A stretch of 64,000 bases of DNA from Schizochytrium sp. TIO01 (GCA_004764695.1 SMSO01000007.1:2115270-2179269), one strand, 5' to 3'. Positions 11,831-27,087 are shown, numbered from the stretch's first letter. Notes: generated by a model not told the origin, from the letters alone. Made by a program: numbers and translations.

Positions 11831-13181
11831 GCATTGAAGTGCTTCACGACCAAAAGTGCTCTCGGAGAATCCCCCCGCACGCTACGCTTTGCACAGATGC
11901 GAAGAAAGAGTTTGACAAAAAAAGAAATACAAACTTCGACGAGGGAGAGAAACCATCGATGCCTTAAATAAGAGAGCTAGAGATACCAAAGTCGATACCT
12001 ACCCAAATGAATGCTTTTATCTTATCAATACGTTGAGAACTCAGAGTGAGTTCTTTTATCTTTTGGGTGGGGTGTTGAGTTTGTTTTACCAAGAAGTGAG
12101 CAAAAACCAGTTCTTCGATACGCCTACCGCTTCGGACGGCTGAAACAGCTGTTTACGGAGAGCCCTCGTCTCTGAATGGCGGTGCGACACAAAACAACCC
12201 TCTCCGTCTTAGCGATCCAATTCCGCTGATCCACGCTGTGTGAAGAGTTGATTCGCTTTGCCACTTTGTCCATGTGAACATTCATTTCCATTCCACAATC
12301 TGACCAGTTTCTTTCATGAACTTTTTTCTCTCTTCTCTCACCGGACCTAAACCCTCTTTTCTTTTCTCTCTCTCTCACTCTCTCTTTCTCCCTGCCTCTC
12401 TTTTAAAGAGTCGCAAGACCCCAAAAGTCGTCCTTTAACCGGAGGTACCTCCACTGTGTAGGATTGAAAGTCATATTTTTATTGTTTATTTCAATCATTA
12501 TACATGAAAAAGTTCATTTACTCATTTATAAGTTTCACGATAAGAAGAAAGTTTTTCTTGGCTTACGAAGTCCAATCTCTCTCTCTCTCTCTCTCTGACT
12601 GTGGTTTTCTGTCTCCTGCTTTTCATGAAGCGCCGGCTGGAGATGAATATAACCAGGCGCGGAGGAACCCCTCGCGGTCGACAGCGGCCCCAAAGAGCAA
12701 GAGCAAGAGCCAAAGCAAGATCGCGAGCGCTTCTCCGCCTCCGCATCCTCCCAAAGCTGTGGTGAGCGGCTGCTTTGCTTCAAGTTCTGCAGCTGTTTGC
12801 TTGGCTAGGAATCCCATCTTGGTGTCTCCTCATTTCCCCTCAACTACGTACCACTTTATAACTTGAATAAACAAAATTAAAATAAAAGTAGTATTCAAAC
12901 CATACCTCACCAAGCCACCTATAAAAGCGGCGGCCAAAGAAGCGCCTTCCTTGTCGGGTCTCTCTCACTCGAGTCGTTATCAACTACGTTCTGCTAACCC
13001 GAAGACGGCCTGAAGCAGCGCTTTCGTTCTTTATCTTGCCCGCCTCCACGACGAGAGGGAAAACCTGAAGAGCTAAACTATTGTGATACCTTATTTCTGA
13101 CCAAGTCCAAAGATGCGCCTCCTTTCTGCTAATTAATTGCCTGATTGCAAAGAAAGGGCGGACGCCTCTCTCCCTCTCTTT

Positions 13182-13307
13182 CTTGTTCTTGTTGTTCTTG
13201 TTGTTCTTGTTGTTCTTGTTGTTCTTGTTGTTCTTGTTGTTCTTGTTGTTCTTGTTGTTCTTGTTGTTCTTGTTGTTCTTCTTGTTGTTGTTCTTCTTGT
13301 TCTTGTT
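13182..13307 (+). repeat. (CTTGTTGTT)n 9-bp tandem repeat
   Basis: Directly visible. Confidence 0.95.
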
Positions 13308-13579
13308 GGCGCCGCCCTCCGGGACGCTCTGCGCCTTGTGCTTAGTCTCCTCCGTTCTCGATGAGGAAGCACTCGGGAACCGCCTTGGCGGCTCTCGGGA
13401 TGCATCCCGAAGCCTCGGAAAGCGCCCTCTTCTCCAGGTTTTCCATGCGAGCCTCGCTCTACGAGCCTGAAGCTTCATATATACTTTGTATCAGTCTGTG
13501 TCGAGGAGCCACGAACCCAGCAGTCTTTGGGAACACCTATCGGCCTGTGCGAGGATGGAGCACAGAGAGAGCACACCAC

Positions 13580-13720
13580 ATGAATGAAGGAATGAATGAA
13601 TGAAGGAATGAAGACGAATGAATGAATGAATACGAATAAATGAATGAATGAATGAATGAATACGAATGAATGAATGAATCAATGGATGAATGAATGAATC
13701 AATGAACGAAGAATGAATGA
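13580..13720 (+). repeat. Degenerate (GAAT)n microsatellite
   Basis: Directly visible. Confidence 0.9.
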
Positions 13721-14789
13721 AGAGGAGGCAAGCTGATACCTACTCTCTTCGCGAAGGAAGGAACGAAGCGCCCTCTGTTATGCAAAGAAGCAAAGATCGA
13801 AGGCGCTCTTGCCGCCGGAACAACAAACAGCAAAGAAAGAAAGAGAAAGGCTGTGTAGAGAGAGAGAGAGAGAGAGAGAGAACTTTATCGAAGAAGCTGT
13901 CTGTGCAGTGGCCGTCTCATCCGTCAGAGTTGTTGTTGTCGTTGTTGTCGTTGTTGTTGTTGTTGTTGGTGTGTGCGTGGGGGAGGGAGAGGGAAGGGAG
14001 TCGACCGCAGAACGCTTGCTTTGTCAAGCAGCGCAGAGAGGAAGAGCCTCGAAAAGAGGGCCGCGCGACAGATCTCGAGGAAGGCTTTGCTGTCATGCGC
14101 ATCCATCATTTTATGGCAAGCCTTGTGACTGAAGAACGTACGGTCGAAGAAGAGGAACACAGCTCTTCGTGATTTTCTCTTTCCCTTTTGCCTACTGGTC
14201 CACTACACTAAATTCAGGGCGTCTACTATTTGCCTGTCTTTCTTTCTGTTTCTTTCATTTGGGGTTAAGCGCGAAATAGTTTAAGTAATGATGAACAAAA
14301 AGAGCGCCACGCGCGGGACAGGGACAGGTCATGACTGTCCCTACCACCGTCTGTCCTTTCGTGTCATTAATTTTAAAAATTGAATAGATATTGACTTTCA
14401 GTATTATTTTTTTAATTTAAATAATAAATGAATTATTTATTTTAAAAAAAGTTGCTAAGTAATCGCACAGAGGTGTCATAGGTGTCATTCGGTGCTATTA
14501 GATTGGAGAAATGAGAAATGTGTTGCTTAAAGCTAGACCAACAGTCACTTTCTTGAATAAACATCCATCCTGGAAGTAAAATGCAGAGATTGGAGAAAAG
14601 GCATTTCCATTACAACAGTGAACAGACAAACTATTAGAAACAATCAATCAGAAACAAACAAACAATTAGATGGGTGTTCTGCTTTTTTCTACTGCTTGCG
14701 AAGAAAGCGAAGAAAGCGAAGAAAGCGAAGAAGATAAGACAGAGAAGAACACCCAAAGGCCCTCTCTCGTACCTCGTAAGGCGGCCTTC

Positions 14790-14853
14790 ATGTAAAACAT
14801 TGCATATGTAAAACATGGCAAATGTAAAACATGGCAAATGTAAAACATGGAAA
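14790..14853 (+). repeat. 16-bp minisatellite ATGTAAAACATGGCAA x4
   Basis: atgtaaaacattgcat atgtaaaacatggcaa atgtaaaacatggcaa atgtaaaacatggaaa. Confidence 0.9.
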
Positions 14854-15063
14854 CGGTAGTACATAAAACCTAGGCTGTTTAAAGCTCTTGCCTGCGGTCC
14901 GCCTCGCTGGATGCGTGGATGCATGGGTGCATGGATGGGCCTTCTCTCCTCGAGGGCCGCGAGCTGAGGGCGGCTCAACCGCCGATCTTGTTGGCATGGC
15001 AGAATAAATCTTGCCTTTTCTCAGGTCGAACAGCGGCAATCAATCCACAGACTTACCGTCGAG

Positions 15064-15260
15064 AGCGCAAGAGCTCAAGAACGCAAGAATGAATGTAAGA
15101 ACGCAAGGACGCAAGGACGCAAGAGCTCAAGAACGCAAGAACGCAAGAACGCAAGAGTGTAAGAATGTAAGAATGTAAGAATGTAAGAATGTAAGAATGT
15201 AAGAATGTAAGAATGTAAGAATGTAAGAATGTAAGAATGTAAGAATGTAAGAACGCAAGC
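15064..15260 (+). repeat. 8-bp compound tandem repeat (AAGAACGC)n grading into (AAGAATGT)n
   Basis: Directly visible. Confidence 0.9.
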
Positions 15261-16319
15261 ATCGACCTCGCCCTTTTCTGCTTTGCTTTGCTTTGATTTG
15301 CTTGGCTGTAAAACCCGCGATACCTAAAACGACCCCAAAGAGCGAAAATCCGACTGCCCAGAGTGGAAGAAAAGAGAGAAAAGACCCTTTAATTAAAAAC
15401 TTTTTTAAAAATAATAAATAAATAAAAACGCAGCCGTCGTGCAAACCTGTGTTTCCAAAGCTCTCAGAAACAGCTAAAGCAGCGGCCGTCCATCCAGACA
15501 TGAAAGGGCGCCCGAAGAGCAGCAGAAGGTAGGCAGGCAGGTAGGTATCCACTGTCTCCAACACTCACTCACCGACTTACCGACTTACCGACTGACTGAC
15601 TAACTGACTGACTGACTGACTGACTTCTTGCAAAACCAAACCAATCTCTGCTAAGCTGCAAAGCGCTTGGGCTTAGTCCAGCCGGAGGGGACACTGCCGT
15701 TCTGTCAATGTTCCCTCACCTGCCGGCAAATGGCAATGGGAACCCGCGCGGTGCGATCCACTCGTCTCTTGTGCTCTTCTCTTCTCTTTCTTTCTTTGTG
15801 CAGCATATGCATCCATGGATGGTTGACTCTGATTCAGCCGCAATGGTCCGGCCGGATGATCCGACTGTGCGACGCTCCTTTCGCATCTCAGGCTCGCTCC
15901 GGCAGGCGGTCGAATGCGCTCGATCACTTGTTTTATGGCTGCGGCCCTGCGTCAGTCAGTCAGTCACTCACTCACTCACTCACTCACTTGGACTTCGGAT
16001 GTTTGTTCCTGTTATTGCGCTCTGATCTTAGGACTCGCTTTTCTCTCAAAGCCGTAAATTGCTATTTATATATATATATTTTTATTATTTTTTAAAAAAT
16101 TAAAAATGTAATAATAAAGTTTTTGTTGTTTGCTTTTATAATTTTCAATGTAGTTAATGTGATTTCAGAATAAGTAAACTAGATGATCAAAATTTAATTT
16201 GATACGTTTGGCTGTTCGAAAAAGGCGGAACATTGCATTGCAGAGAAGAGGAATGCGCAGCAGACATATACACGTATATATCTAGAGTAGTTAGCGCAGC
16301 GACGGCCGCGCGAAAAGGA

Positions 16320-16607
<288 letters not shown>

Positions 16608-17399
16608 TCCTGGGGAACGAAGAGACAGAAAGCTCAGGCGTACGTCCGTACGCACGAATCAACCACGCTCACTCACCGCAGAGCGACCACCAGTGCAGGG
16701 GCTTGCTTGGCTTCGAGCCCCATGGACGATGAACGGCTGCACTTAGGCAGGAGCAGCGCAGCGATCGATCGATCGACATCGAGCACGCGAATTCAAAGAC
16801 GAAAGATCAGCGCCGCAGAATTAGTCACAAAGAACGGCATCCATCCTAACAACAGAACAGAACAGTGCGGCATCCTCCATTCCATTCCATTCCATTCCAT
16901 TCTGCAGCCAGCACTGTATGTACCTCCTTACGTGCCGACCTGCTGGCTGGGAAACCAAGCGCGCGGGCTGAAGCGTCGACGGCGTGGGCCTCGCTTGGAG
17001 CCTCTCTGGCTGCCCAGCTGCACTGCAAGAGAAAGCAAGGCACCGGCGTTGATTGCTTTCCTCGTTTCCGTCCTCCTGCTCAGTGCAGTGCAGTTCGGTG
17101 GGTACAGCAAAATCTGTCTCTCTCTCTCTGTGCCATATTCTTTCTCTTCTTCACTTCTTGGTTGAAAAAAATAAATAAAAATAGAAACTAGAATCATATC
17201 TTCACTTATATTTTATTTATATTTATAATTAGTCACAGATAAAATAAAATGAACGCATGAATTCATGCAGCAGTCGTTAGCGCCTTTCCTCATCAAAATT
17301 TAGTTTATAAACTAAATAGAGAAGTTCAACCTAAAACTAATACAGTAGGATAAAGGGTTTCCAGCTTTTCCAGTTAGTGCGTTCTTCCCCTTCTTGTCC

Positions 17400-17620
<221 letters not shown>

Positions 17621-17979
17621 CTCTTTCTCTTTGTTTGTTTTCCTTTCCTCCCTTTCCAGGTCGCAGCCTATAGGCGAAAGGCGCGAAGCTGCCTGCTCCG
17701 GTCCCGAAGCTGTAGCTCCTGCTCCGCAGTGGGCAGCTTCGAAGCAGCTTGCTCGATTGCTCCTGGGAAGCACCTTCGGCGCCTTCGTGCTGAGCAGCAG
17801 CTTCTTCGGCAGCCGGCTTTGTGCCGCTCCGACAGCCGGAAGCAGAGCGGCGGGAAGCGGGCGGGACCCGCACCATATCTCCCTCTCTATATACAACATA
17901 TACATCTCCATCTATCTGTATCGATCGATATCTCTCTTTTCGTCCCTTTTGTTCCTTCTTTCTTTGTTTGTTAATTGGT

Positions 17980-18020
17980 CCTTTCTCTTTCTCTTTCTCT
18001 TTCTCTTTCTCTTTCTCTTT
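17980..18020 (+). repeat. (CTTTCT)n hexamer repeat
   Basis: Directly visible. Confidence 0.85.
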
Positions 18021-20635
18021 TGCCCTTTCTTTTGCCGCGTCGCCGTCGGTTGAGCGAATGCGGAGCGATGGCGCTTCGAGCTCGCTCGAGGAAACACGGA
18101 GCGAGGATGGATGGATCGAGGGGCGCCGAAGAACGCAGGTCTGCTCCTGAGGATGCCCAGGAAGCAGGAGCGAGAGGGCCGCGATCAGCGATCGAGGAGC
18201 TAGCTAGCTAGCTAGGTGGTCTGAGCTCAGTTTCGATTCCTCGAGTTCTTATTAGAAGGTGTGCCGCGGACGCTGCGGTGATAATAGAAAGCTGAGCTTT
18301 TCTTACGCCTTTTCATTGATTGCTTCATTGGAGTGGCGCCTTTTAAAGCTGATGAAAAGCTGGATGGATGTATTTCTTAGTTTACTTTTAAAGCTAACAT
18401 TAAATTACAGAAAGAAGACTGAAAAATGTATATCTATTCTCCAATGGAAGAAAAGTTGTAATCAAAATAAAAATATAACAGATTGCCCGTGTTGTATTTC
18501 ATCTTCTGTTGAGTTTGGTTTTTATTTGAGAGGAATAACATTTACTTCAAACAAAATAGATTGAGCGAATGCTTGTAACGAAGAAGCTTTGGTTGCTCGC
18601 TCACCTTCTTTCTTTCAAAAGCTGATTTTTTTTCTTTTGTTTCGAATCTTGCAAAAGCAGAAGCCACAAAGAACGCAGCTAACTATGATGACACAACTTC
18701 TTCTCTTTTTGCAAACTATATATGATTTTATTTTTTTTATTTCAAAATTAAATAAATAGCAGAAACCTCTGTTCCACTTCGAGTCGCGCAGAATAGTTGC
18801 AGCTGAGACACCGCCCCCGAGTCAACAGCCATCTCAGCCATGAACCCATTCACTATTAATTAGTGACCCTCCCGCATTTCTCACAAACTGGCAACGCCTT
18901 TCCTCCCTCTCTATATTCTCGCAGCCCATCGCCCGGATTTCCGCAAACGGGGCGCACTTACCGTCTTCCCTAGCATCGCGTAACAGGTCCAGATCAGGCG
19001 AATTCTCCTCGGGATTCTGAGCTCCTCAAGTCAAACGACTTCAAAAAAGAAGGCCAAATACACTAAATATCCTCAGACATCCATTCTACTTCGCAGTCCA
19101 CGGCATGATACTGTGCAGATACGCAATAATTCGCAATAGTACGCAAGAATACGCAGAACGGCAGCATACCATACATGCATACTCGCCAGGCCACCAGGGA
19201 CACTCGAGGCGCTCTATCCTCGCGAGGGTCTTCTTCTGCTTCTGTTCTTGGAGCTCCTTTCTTTGGACTGCTTTTCTCGAGCGCCGCCTTTGCGCCATCG
19301 ATACCATTGATAGATACATTGATGCACCATTTGATACCATTGATATCATTCATACCATTGATATGACTGACTGTTTGTTTGTTTGTCTGTCTGCAGAGCG
19401 ATGGATGTAAAAGGAATCGTGAAACTTGTGCGCCCCTGCAGAAGTCAGGGCCAAACGGATCCGGACGGGGCCGCCTCGAAACAGATAGCTGCCGTTGGTT
19501 TGGACGCCCAAACCGCGTACGCCGCGAAGAGTAAGTTGCCGCCGCGTTGTCTGCAGTGAGCGATGCTTAGTTTCGTCAAGGCGAGCGAGCTGAGCTTTGC
19601 TTTGCTTTGCTTTGCTCCAGAGCTCATCAGAAGGAGAGCTCAACCGCTTTGGTCATTAGTTGAAAAGAAGTTTGAAAGCAAAAAGAACAACGTGTTGTTT
19701 GTTATAGTATGTTATTTCTCATCTTTTTGTTTGTTTATATGATTAATTGATTAATTGATTGATATAATGGACCTTAGTGGATGATGGTAAAACGAAGGTA
19801 AGTAAGTTATTGCGAATTCGCTGCAGACTGTAAAAATCCGCTGCGAATTCAATTTTCTGTGTCGCGTTTGCACTACTCAGTGTGGATGTGTCCCCTCTGT
19901 TGTATTACAGTTATCGCACTGTCCCTCGCCACTCAGGTGCGGTGCGCTCCCTCTTCTTTGTGACTTATCCTGGTAACAAAAATCACCATCTTCACTCTGA
20001 TTTTGAATTGAAAACGTTTCTTACTTACTTACTTTCTTTCTTACTTTCTTTCGTTTCTTCCTTCTGAAAAGTAGGCAAGTTTATCGCGCTCTTTAGCTCT
20101 AACAGGAGAACCTCGCCATGTGGGGAGATGCCTACGCGTCTCGAAACATGAGACCAGAGAGACAATCGCTCGACTCTCTCATTGAAGCCCCCCTTAGACC
20201 CAGCAAACCCACACCACACGCATAAAAAAGCGCGGCCGGCAAGTTCCTAGACCACTCAACTCAATCAAGTCAACCCAGATCTAGTCTTTTCCACCAAATC
20301 GACTGCCATTAGATCAGATCAAATAAAATCGAAGTTAAAGTAAGAGCTTCGAATGAATGAACAAACGAATGTGTTGTTTTTGATCGATCGATAGATATAT
20401 TGAGATACGTGTTTACATCTATCTATAGCAGTGGTTGAGCGAGAGCAGGAAAGAAAAAGACAAAGAGAGAATGACGGCGTGGAAAGCAGTCAGTGTGAAG
20501 GTGGTGAGAAGTGGAGTTGCGAAAAGGAAGACGCGCACGAGGACGGACGCTCGCTTGGTGCGGGACGCCTCGGAAAAGAGAGCATCTTCGCAGCCGTTCT
20601 CGCAGCCAGTCAGACAAAAGCTCCATGTGAACTTG

Positions 20636-20805
20636 AACAAATAAATCAACAAATAAATAAACAAATAAATCAACAAATAAATCAACAAATAAACAAATAA
20701 ATAAACAAATAAATAAATAAACAAATAAATCAACAGATAAATAAATCAACAAATAAATCAACAAATAAACAAATAAATCAACAAATAAATAAATAAACAA
20801 ATAAA
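20636..20805 (+). repeat. Compound (AAAT)/(AAAC)/(CAAC) microsatellite
   Basis: Directly visible. Confidence 0.9.
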
Positions 20806-23167
20806 GAAAGATAGATAGAAGGACCCTCACTACTAAGATCTCCTGGATACCTCCCTCGTCCTGGCCTCTTAATTTTAAATGTGAGCAAAATATGCGAACG
20901 ATAAACATAATGCAATGCAATGCAATGTAATGCAATGCATCTCCAAGGGCGATCGATGGCAGCTCTGATACCTTTCAACTGTCGGTATGACTAAGCCTTG
21001 AGGAATGAGCCCACGAAGACGCCGCCAAGAGCCATGTCAAGAGGCTCTTGTGTCCCGAATGGCGACGCCATCCTTTTTCTATTTAAAGCAGCGTAGTCTG
21101 TCTGTGCGTTCTCTTGGCGGTGAGTTACATGCACTTGGCAGCAGTGTAGAATGAATGGATAAACTGCGAAATCTATCTCCGCGACGGCAAGTGCCGACGC
21201 TGAGGCAAGAGTTTAGAATTCAAGAACGGTGGAGTAGTCGAAGCGGGAAGGCCCATTGCTTGAAACCGGAACGGAACGCCCTTTCTTCTGCTGCGCCTTG
21301 GGATGCGAGGAGAATGCAGAGGCCGCTCTTCGTTCCTGAGATCGCTGGCCCCGTTTCCCATGTCTTCTTTACTGATGTGGTGCCTCCCTCAGGTGATACA
21401 AGTTTATGTGGGCGCTCGAGTATTGGTCGTAGTCGAAGCTGCCAAGCTGGACTGCTTAACCCTCTTCATTCAATTCCCGAGCAGGGCTATACTATGTATA
21501 TGCGTTTAATGCTATAATTATTAAAGAGGAAAAAGGCACCACATCTTATTTGGTATTAACTTTTCTTTCTTTTTTTTAAACATATATAATAAAACTATAA
21601 ATAATTAACACTTTATAAACTTTTATTTATTTTTTAAATATCAAAAAGTACAACTCTATAAAAGGTATCGAGCTCTTTTTCAATTTAAAAAAGAAAAAAG
21701 AAAAAAGAAAAGAAAAGAAAAAGAGTTGAACGAAAAGAAGAAGAAGAAGAAGATGGTGATGAGCAGAGTAACGAGATTACTTCTCCAAGAGCGACAACAA
21801 ACACAATAAAAACAACGCGTAGTAAAATAATAAGCGGTATGAAGTGATATTTACTCTCCACCGATGATAAAGTGCAATACATGTCGGCAGCTGCAGGTGC
21901 GGAAGGAGGACGCGACAGGAAACGCCTTTCTTCGCTCAACTATATCGTTTGTTCTCTCTCATTTCAAAGGTTTTAATTTTATTTAATTGAAATCCTAAAT
22001 ATATAATAATAATAATAATAAATAAGGAAAGCCACGCGCGAGTGCGGAGAAATTGCAGCTTCTTGCATTTCCCGAAAATGTGACCCAGAAGAAAGAAAAG
22101 CAAGCCTGGAGAGAGGCTCTGGCTTTTCATTGCCTTGATGCTACAGCTTCCGCTAGCTTCAAAGCCCACCCAGTTCAGGAGGAATATAGAAGCAGACAGA
22201 CCAGCAAGCACAGGGGAACCCGTCTGTTGTGTTATTCTAAGAGCAGCAAATGCGCTCGGCTGGTCTTCTCTTTAATTATTATTATTAAAAAACATTCACA
22301 ACTCACATCCGCACACACGTCGAATCAGTTGGCTATTTCTACACTTCTATTTCTAAATAAACTTTTACCATTTGCGTTTGGGGGTGAAGCTCCTCGTTTC
22401 TTAGTGGCTCTGGTCTGTTTCGTTCGCGCTAATAAGTATATAACGGCGGATGAGTTGTTCGTTTAGATGCATTACTATCGAAGGGCACCGCCAGTTGCTC
22501 AATACATAACTTTGGTGATTGATCTTCTGTTGAGTCTTTGTATCGAGCAAGGAGATTAAAAGGTCCCCTCACTGAGAGGGCCAAAGCAGGGACTTGGAAA
22601 ATAATAAAATAAAACTGTAAAAATATACTCTTTCGTTCTTTAGTCAGCTTGGTAGTCGTTAGTTCTACTGTTGTCTCCATCTTTTACATTAAAATGATCA
22701 CAAAAGGCACGAGAAAGAAGAAAGGAGCGTGGACTAACGACCTCAGTAGGGCCCATCTACCCAGATCATTAGCTGTTCTGTTCATCTTCCTTTTAGAACG
22801 AGCTAAGTTCTTCCTGGGAATGCTTTGGAACGTACGTACGACAGTTCCAAGATAGCAGAAAAGAGAGCCGCCCAAGGGCAACAAACAACGAGGCCAGACC
22901 ACCTTCCATTCGGCCCAGCGCTTCATAGCACCCATTTCCTCGAGCAGGCCGTTGCGCGCGCCCCTCCTTCAGCTTCTTCCCCAAACTAAGATCGATCGCA
23001 GAGTGAGCTCGAAGAACTCTTCGTTCGACATTTTGGCGCATCCATGCTCAGGAGGCGAATACTACGAAGATTGAGGCCACTTTTGGTTTTCTTTCTTTTT
23101 TCGTATTAAACGTTGATCAAAAGATTTTCACGAAAAACGAAACGATGAAAAAGCTCCTGAATGCCGC

Positions 23168-23171
<4 letters not shown>

Positions 23172-23213
<42 letters not shown>

Positions 23214-23580
23214 TCGCGCGCCTCCAAGCTTCGATGCGGCCTGGACACGCAGGGGAGTCCAACGCAGCACACGAGTTCACCACAGCGCCGCCCCCGCGAG
23301 AAAGCAGTAGCTCCTCCTCCAAAGCAAAGGCGGAAGCAGGCTGCAGGCCTTTGTTTTTCTCTTCACGGCAGCCGCAGTTGCTTTCGACGGTCCTCCTCTT
23401 CCGTTGCAAACCGAGCTCCAGGAAAAAGAAAAGAAAAGAAAAGAAAAAGAAAAGAAAAAGAAAAGAAAAAAGAAGAAGAAGAAGAAGAAGAAGAAGAAGA
23501 AGAAGAAGAAGAAGAAGAAGAAGAAGAAGAAGAAGAAGAAGAAGAAGAAGAAGAAGAAGAAGAAGAAGAAGAAAAAGAAG
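23172..23580 (+). repeat. (CT)n at 23172-23210, (AAAAG)n at ~23423-23470 and (GAA)n at ~23470-23575
   Basis: Directly visible. Confidence 0.92.
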
Positions 23581-26500
23581 GGCGCTCGCTCTTCTCTTCG
23601 AAGAAGCTTTTGCGGTTTCGTTTATTAGCCGCCCAGAACGAAGAGAGAAAGGAAGCAAGCAAGCCTCCGGAGAAAAGAATGGGAGAGCAATTTTTAATTT
23701 TTAACCTGGTGGAGTACAACCACAGATCTAACAAGGTTAACTACCAACGGTGACGGCAGCGGGGTGTCTTGAGGAGGAGTCTGCTTGTTTGTTTGTTTGT
23801 TTTTTCGTGATTCGATATTCTGTTCTTTCGGCCCTCTTCGAAACAAACAGAGATCGAGAGAGCTCTGGCTGACTTCCCTCCTCGCTACGCGCAAGGTTGC
23901 CTTTTATCGATCCCAGGAACCGAGCGCTCCGGCCGATCGCTGGCTGCGCCGCCAAAAAATATGAAAAAGCAACCGACCGACCGATGAATCTCGAGGAGTT
24001 TAATGACAGCAGAATAGATGGCGAATGGTCGCGTGAAGCACTTGGGATTTTGGTACAAGTATCCTCAGGAATCTAGCGCCTCCTAGATACCTCTAGAGCA
24101 TACTTAGGAGAGCGTAGACTTTTTGCAAAATCTAGCTGGTGAAAGAATAATAAGTATCTAGTCCAGCTAGGCTAGGCTGTCTTCATCTTCGTTTAAATTT
24201 AAACGAAGAGAAAAACTCAGAGGGAGGCGCTTCGCTCGACCTTCGTACGCCTTGGTTCGCTGCGCAGCTGCAGCTGCAGGCACGCGGCCCCGGCGCATCG
24301 TAGCTAGGTAGACCCGTGCCAACCGCAGCGAAGAAAAGATCTCTTGGCCACGCATAAACCCAACAACAACGCGGCTCATTCGCTCCTGTCTTCAAATTAA
24401 CCACCAAAGCTCATCATACTACAAATACTTTTCTTCTTTTTTATTTAACTTAACTTATCTTATATATATATTACAATTAATTACAATTAATTACAATTTT
24501 TAAAAATCAATCAACCCTATATACATTTCATTCATTTCATTCATTCATTCGTTCATTCATTCCTCATAGACCTCCTTTCTCACAAAAAGAAACTCAATCT
24601 GAGTGCGCCGGGTCGACCCCTCGAGGCTGCGGTATCGGGCGCGAGCCGAGCCGCCCCGAGTTCCGACGCCTGGGAGCTACTTAGCTTCTCGCCTGAGTCT
24701 CAGGAGTGGTGCTGTAGCTTAGCATTCTAGCTTGTCGAGCGAAAAGCGCTCAGCTCACTCGGCCTTCCAGATAGAAAGATGCCTTCTTAACACGAAGAAA
24801 GACCTATGAGTGCAATAGTCTTTGCTTCTTTTCTTCTCCTTGTTTTCCCTTTCCTTTCCTTTAATTTTGTCGAAAGCAAACATAGTGCATCACAGTGCGG
24901 TAAAGTGAGAATGAATGAATAATAAATAAAAAAGAGAAAGGGAAAAGAAAGGAGCGCAAGTGACGATCAAGTTCGTACGAATATAATGGCGGTTTTTGGG
25001 GCCAGGATGGATGGCCGGAGGCAGAAAGCCCCGGAAAGGTGGAACGGAGCTGAGACGAGTAGTCGTCGACAGCGACATTGACCCTGAAGGAAGGCTGGAG
25101 AGGAGCACGCCCGCCCTTGCCCAGGTTTTATGCGATACTTCTCTAGCTAGCTAGAGAAAGACAGCATTCGATTTCATGATTTCATGCCCCCACTTTTCTT
25201 AATTTGGTTTTATAGAGGTGCAAAATGTGAAAAGTAATGCTGATAATAATATATATATTTTTTTTAAATTAATTAGGTAAATTGAGATTAAAAGCCTTTG
25301 ATATTTATTTTAAAAAATGCTAAGAGCACCCGGTTATCTAAATCATAACTGACTTTGTTATTATGAGTGGCTCAGTTATTTTACACTCTTTACTGCCTTT
25401 CGCCATCCAATACATAACAACGCCTTCTTCGCATACTTACTTGCTTACTTACTTATCTTGCAAATCACCCTTTTATGGGGATTGAGTGCATGGATGCATG
25501 AAGGATTAATCATTAAAGTCCTGTCTCACGCGGCAGCCTTTGGTCGCCTGCCTCGACATATACCTCAGCCGCCCTTCTACAGATGGAGTTGGGACAAGAT
25601 AAAGGTGGGGAATCATGTGCGAGATCGTGGTACATCAATCCATCCATCCAAAGCTGTTGAGCGTCTGAGAGGTTTGTTTTGTTGTTGTTCTTGTTGTTGT
25701 TGTTGTTGTTGGTCATTGGCTTGGACAAAGCGGTGGTCGGCGATAGCAGTGCTGATGCGTGAAGACTCATTGGTTGGAGGCGGATATTCCAAGCTCCCTG
25801 AAGGAAGAGGGAAACGCGGTTTGCGTCATTTTTCACGATTATTGAGAGATTGGCATTTCCGTAGTCACAGAATGGAAAAGGTCAATCAATCACCTCTTTG
25901 ATATTTTTTTTAAATCCAAAATATACGTTTTCGAAATACATGTAACCTTATTACATATCAAACCAAAAGAAAACAGACTTCCTGTTCTTTTAAAATGCAC
26001 TGGAAAGGGGAAAAGCAGAGTGAAGTCAGAAATGCTGCTTCGTGGACACGGACCGCACTGAGACATGGCCAAATCAGCCTCAGCCATCGCAGAGAGGGCG
26101 GAGAGCCAATAAATGAGGATGCCCACTCATTAACTGACCGACTGACTGGCTGGCTCGCTCATTCTCTGACACACTCATTCTCTCTCACTCACTCACTCAC
26201 CCACTCACCCATGGATAAGGATAGCGAATGGCGCGTTTCTTTCTTCTTTTGAGCGGTTCCAAAGGCCAAAGGTACTAAATGAGGGGACCTCTCGCGGCAT
26301 GTGGGGTTGACGACATAAAGTGTGCAAGATGTCTTCATCTTCTTCATGTGTCACCGCTGTTTCCGTTGTCTACGTCGCATTCCCATCACCATAGACTATC
26401 TCCATGATGAGTATTGAATATGTAGTCGAAGTGAGTAGACAACTCCACTTTCTTTCCCCAACAAAGTTATATTTCATTTATTTCTTTGGTGTTTACTTTT

Positions 26501-27087
26501 ATTTTTAATGTTGCTATTTTTGTTTTAAATTTGAAAATAAAGAAAGAAAGAAAGAAAGAAGTATTTAAATGCGAATTCAATCTGTTGAAATTTTTTAAAA
26601 TAAAATAAAAGGTCTGGAAAGTTTCGGGTCTGGAAATTCGCAATAAAAACACATGCCAATTCAATTCAATTCGTGTGTTTCTTTGCAATGTCGTGACTTC
26701 CCTAGCAAATCCCCACTTCGAGGTCACTCTTATGAGTTCTTTGCACTCCAAATGCGCCCACCACCACAGAGTTACGAATAAACTTAGAAACACTATTTAT
26801 AAAAAAAAAAAATTATAGAGAGGAAGAAGAAGAGGCTCTCTCTCAAGACGACGATCGCCATTCTCGTAGAAGCAAGGAAAGTCCAAGGCGCGTTAAACGT
26901 TTCCAACCGAGCCGACTAAAGGCAATGCAATGCAATGCAACTCAATGCAGTCCATGAACGAGTCAACCATTCGCTCAACTCAGATCAGCCGGACTCCAAC
27001 CAAGGCCATCATGCTGCGGTGCCTGGCGCTGCGGCTTTCACGGCCCTGAATGTTGTTTCCTCCACGCGAGTTCGTTTAATTGTCTGT

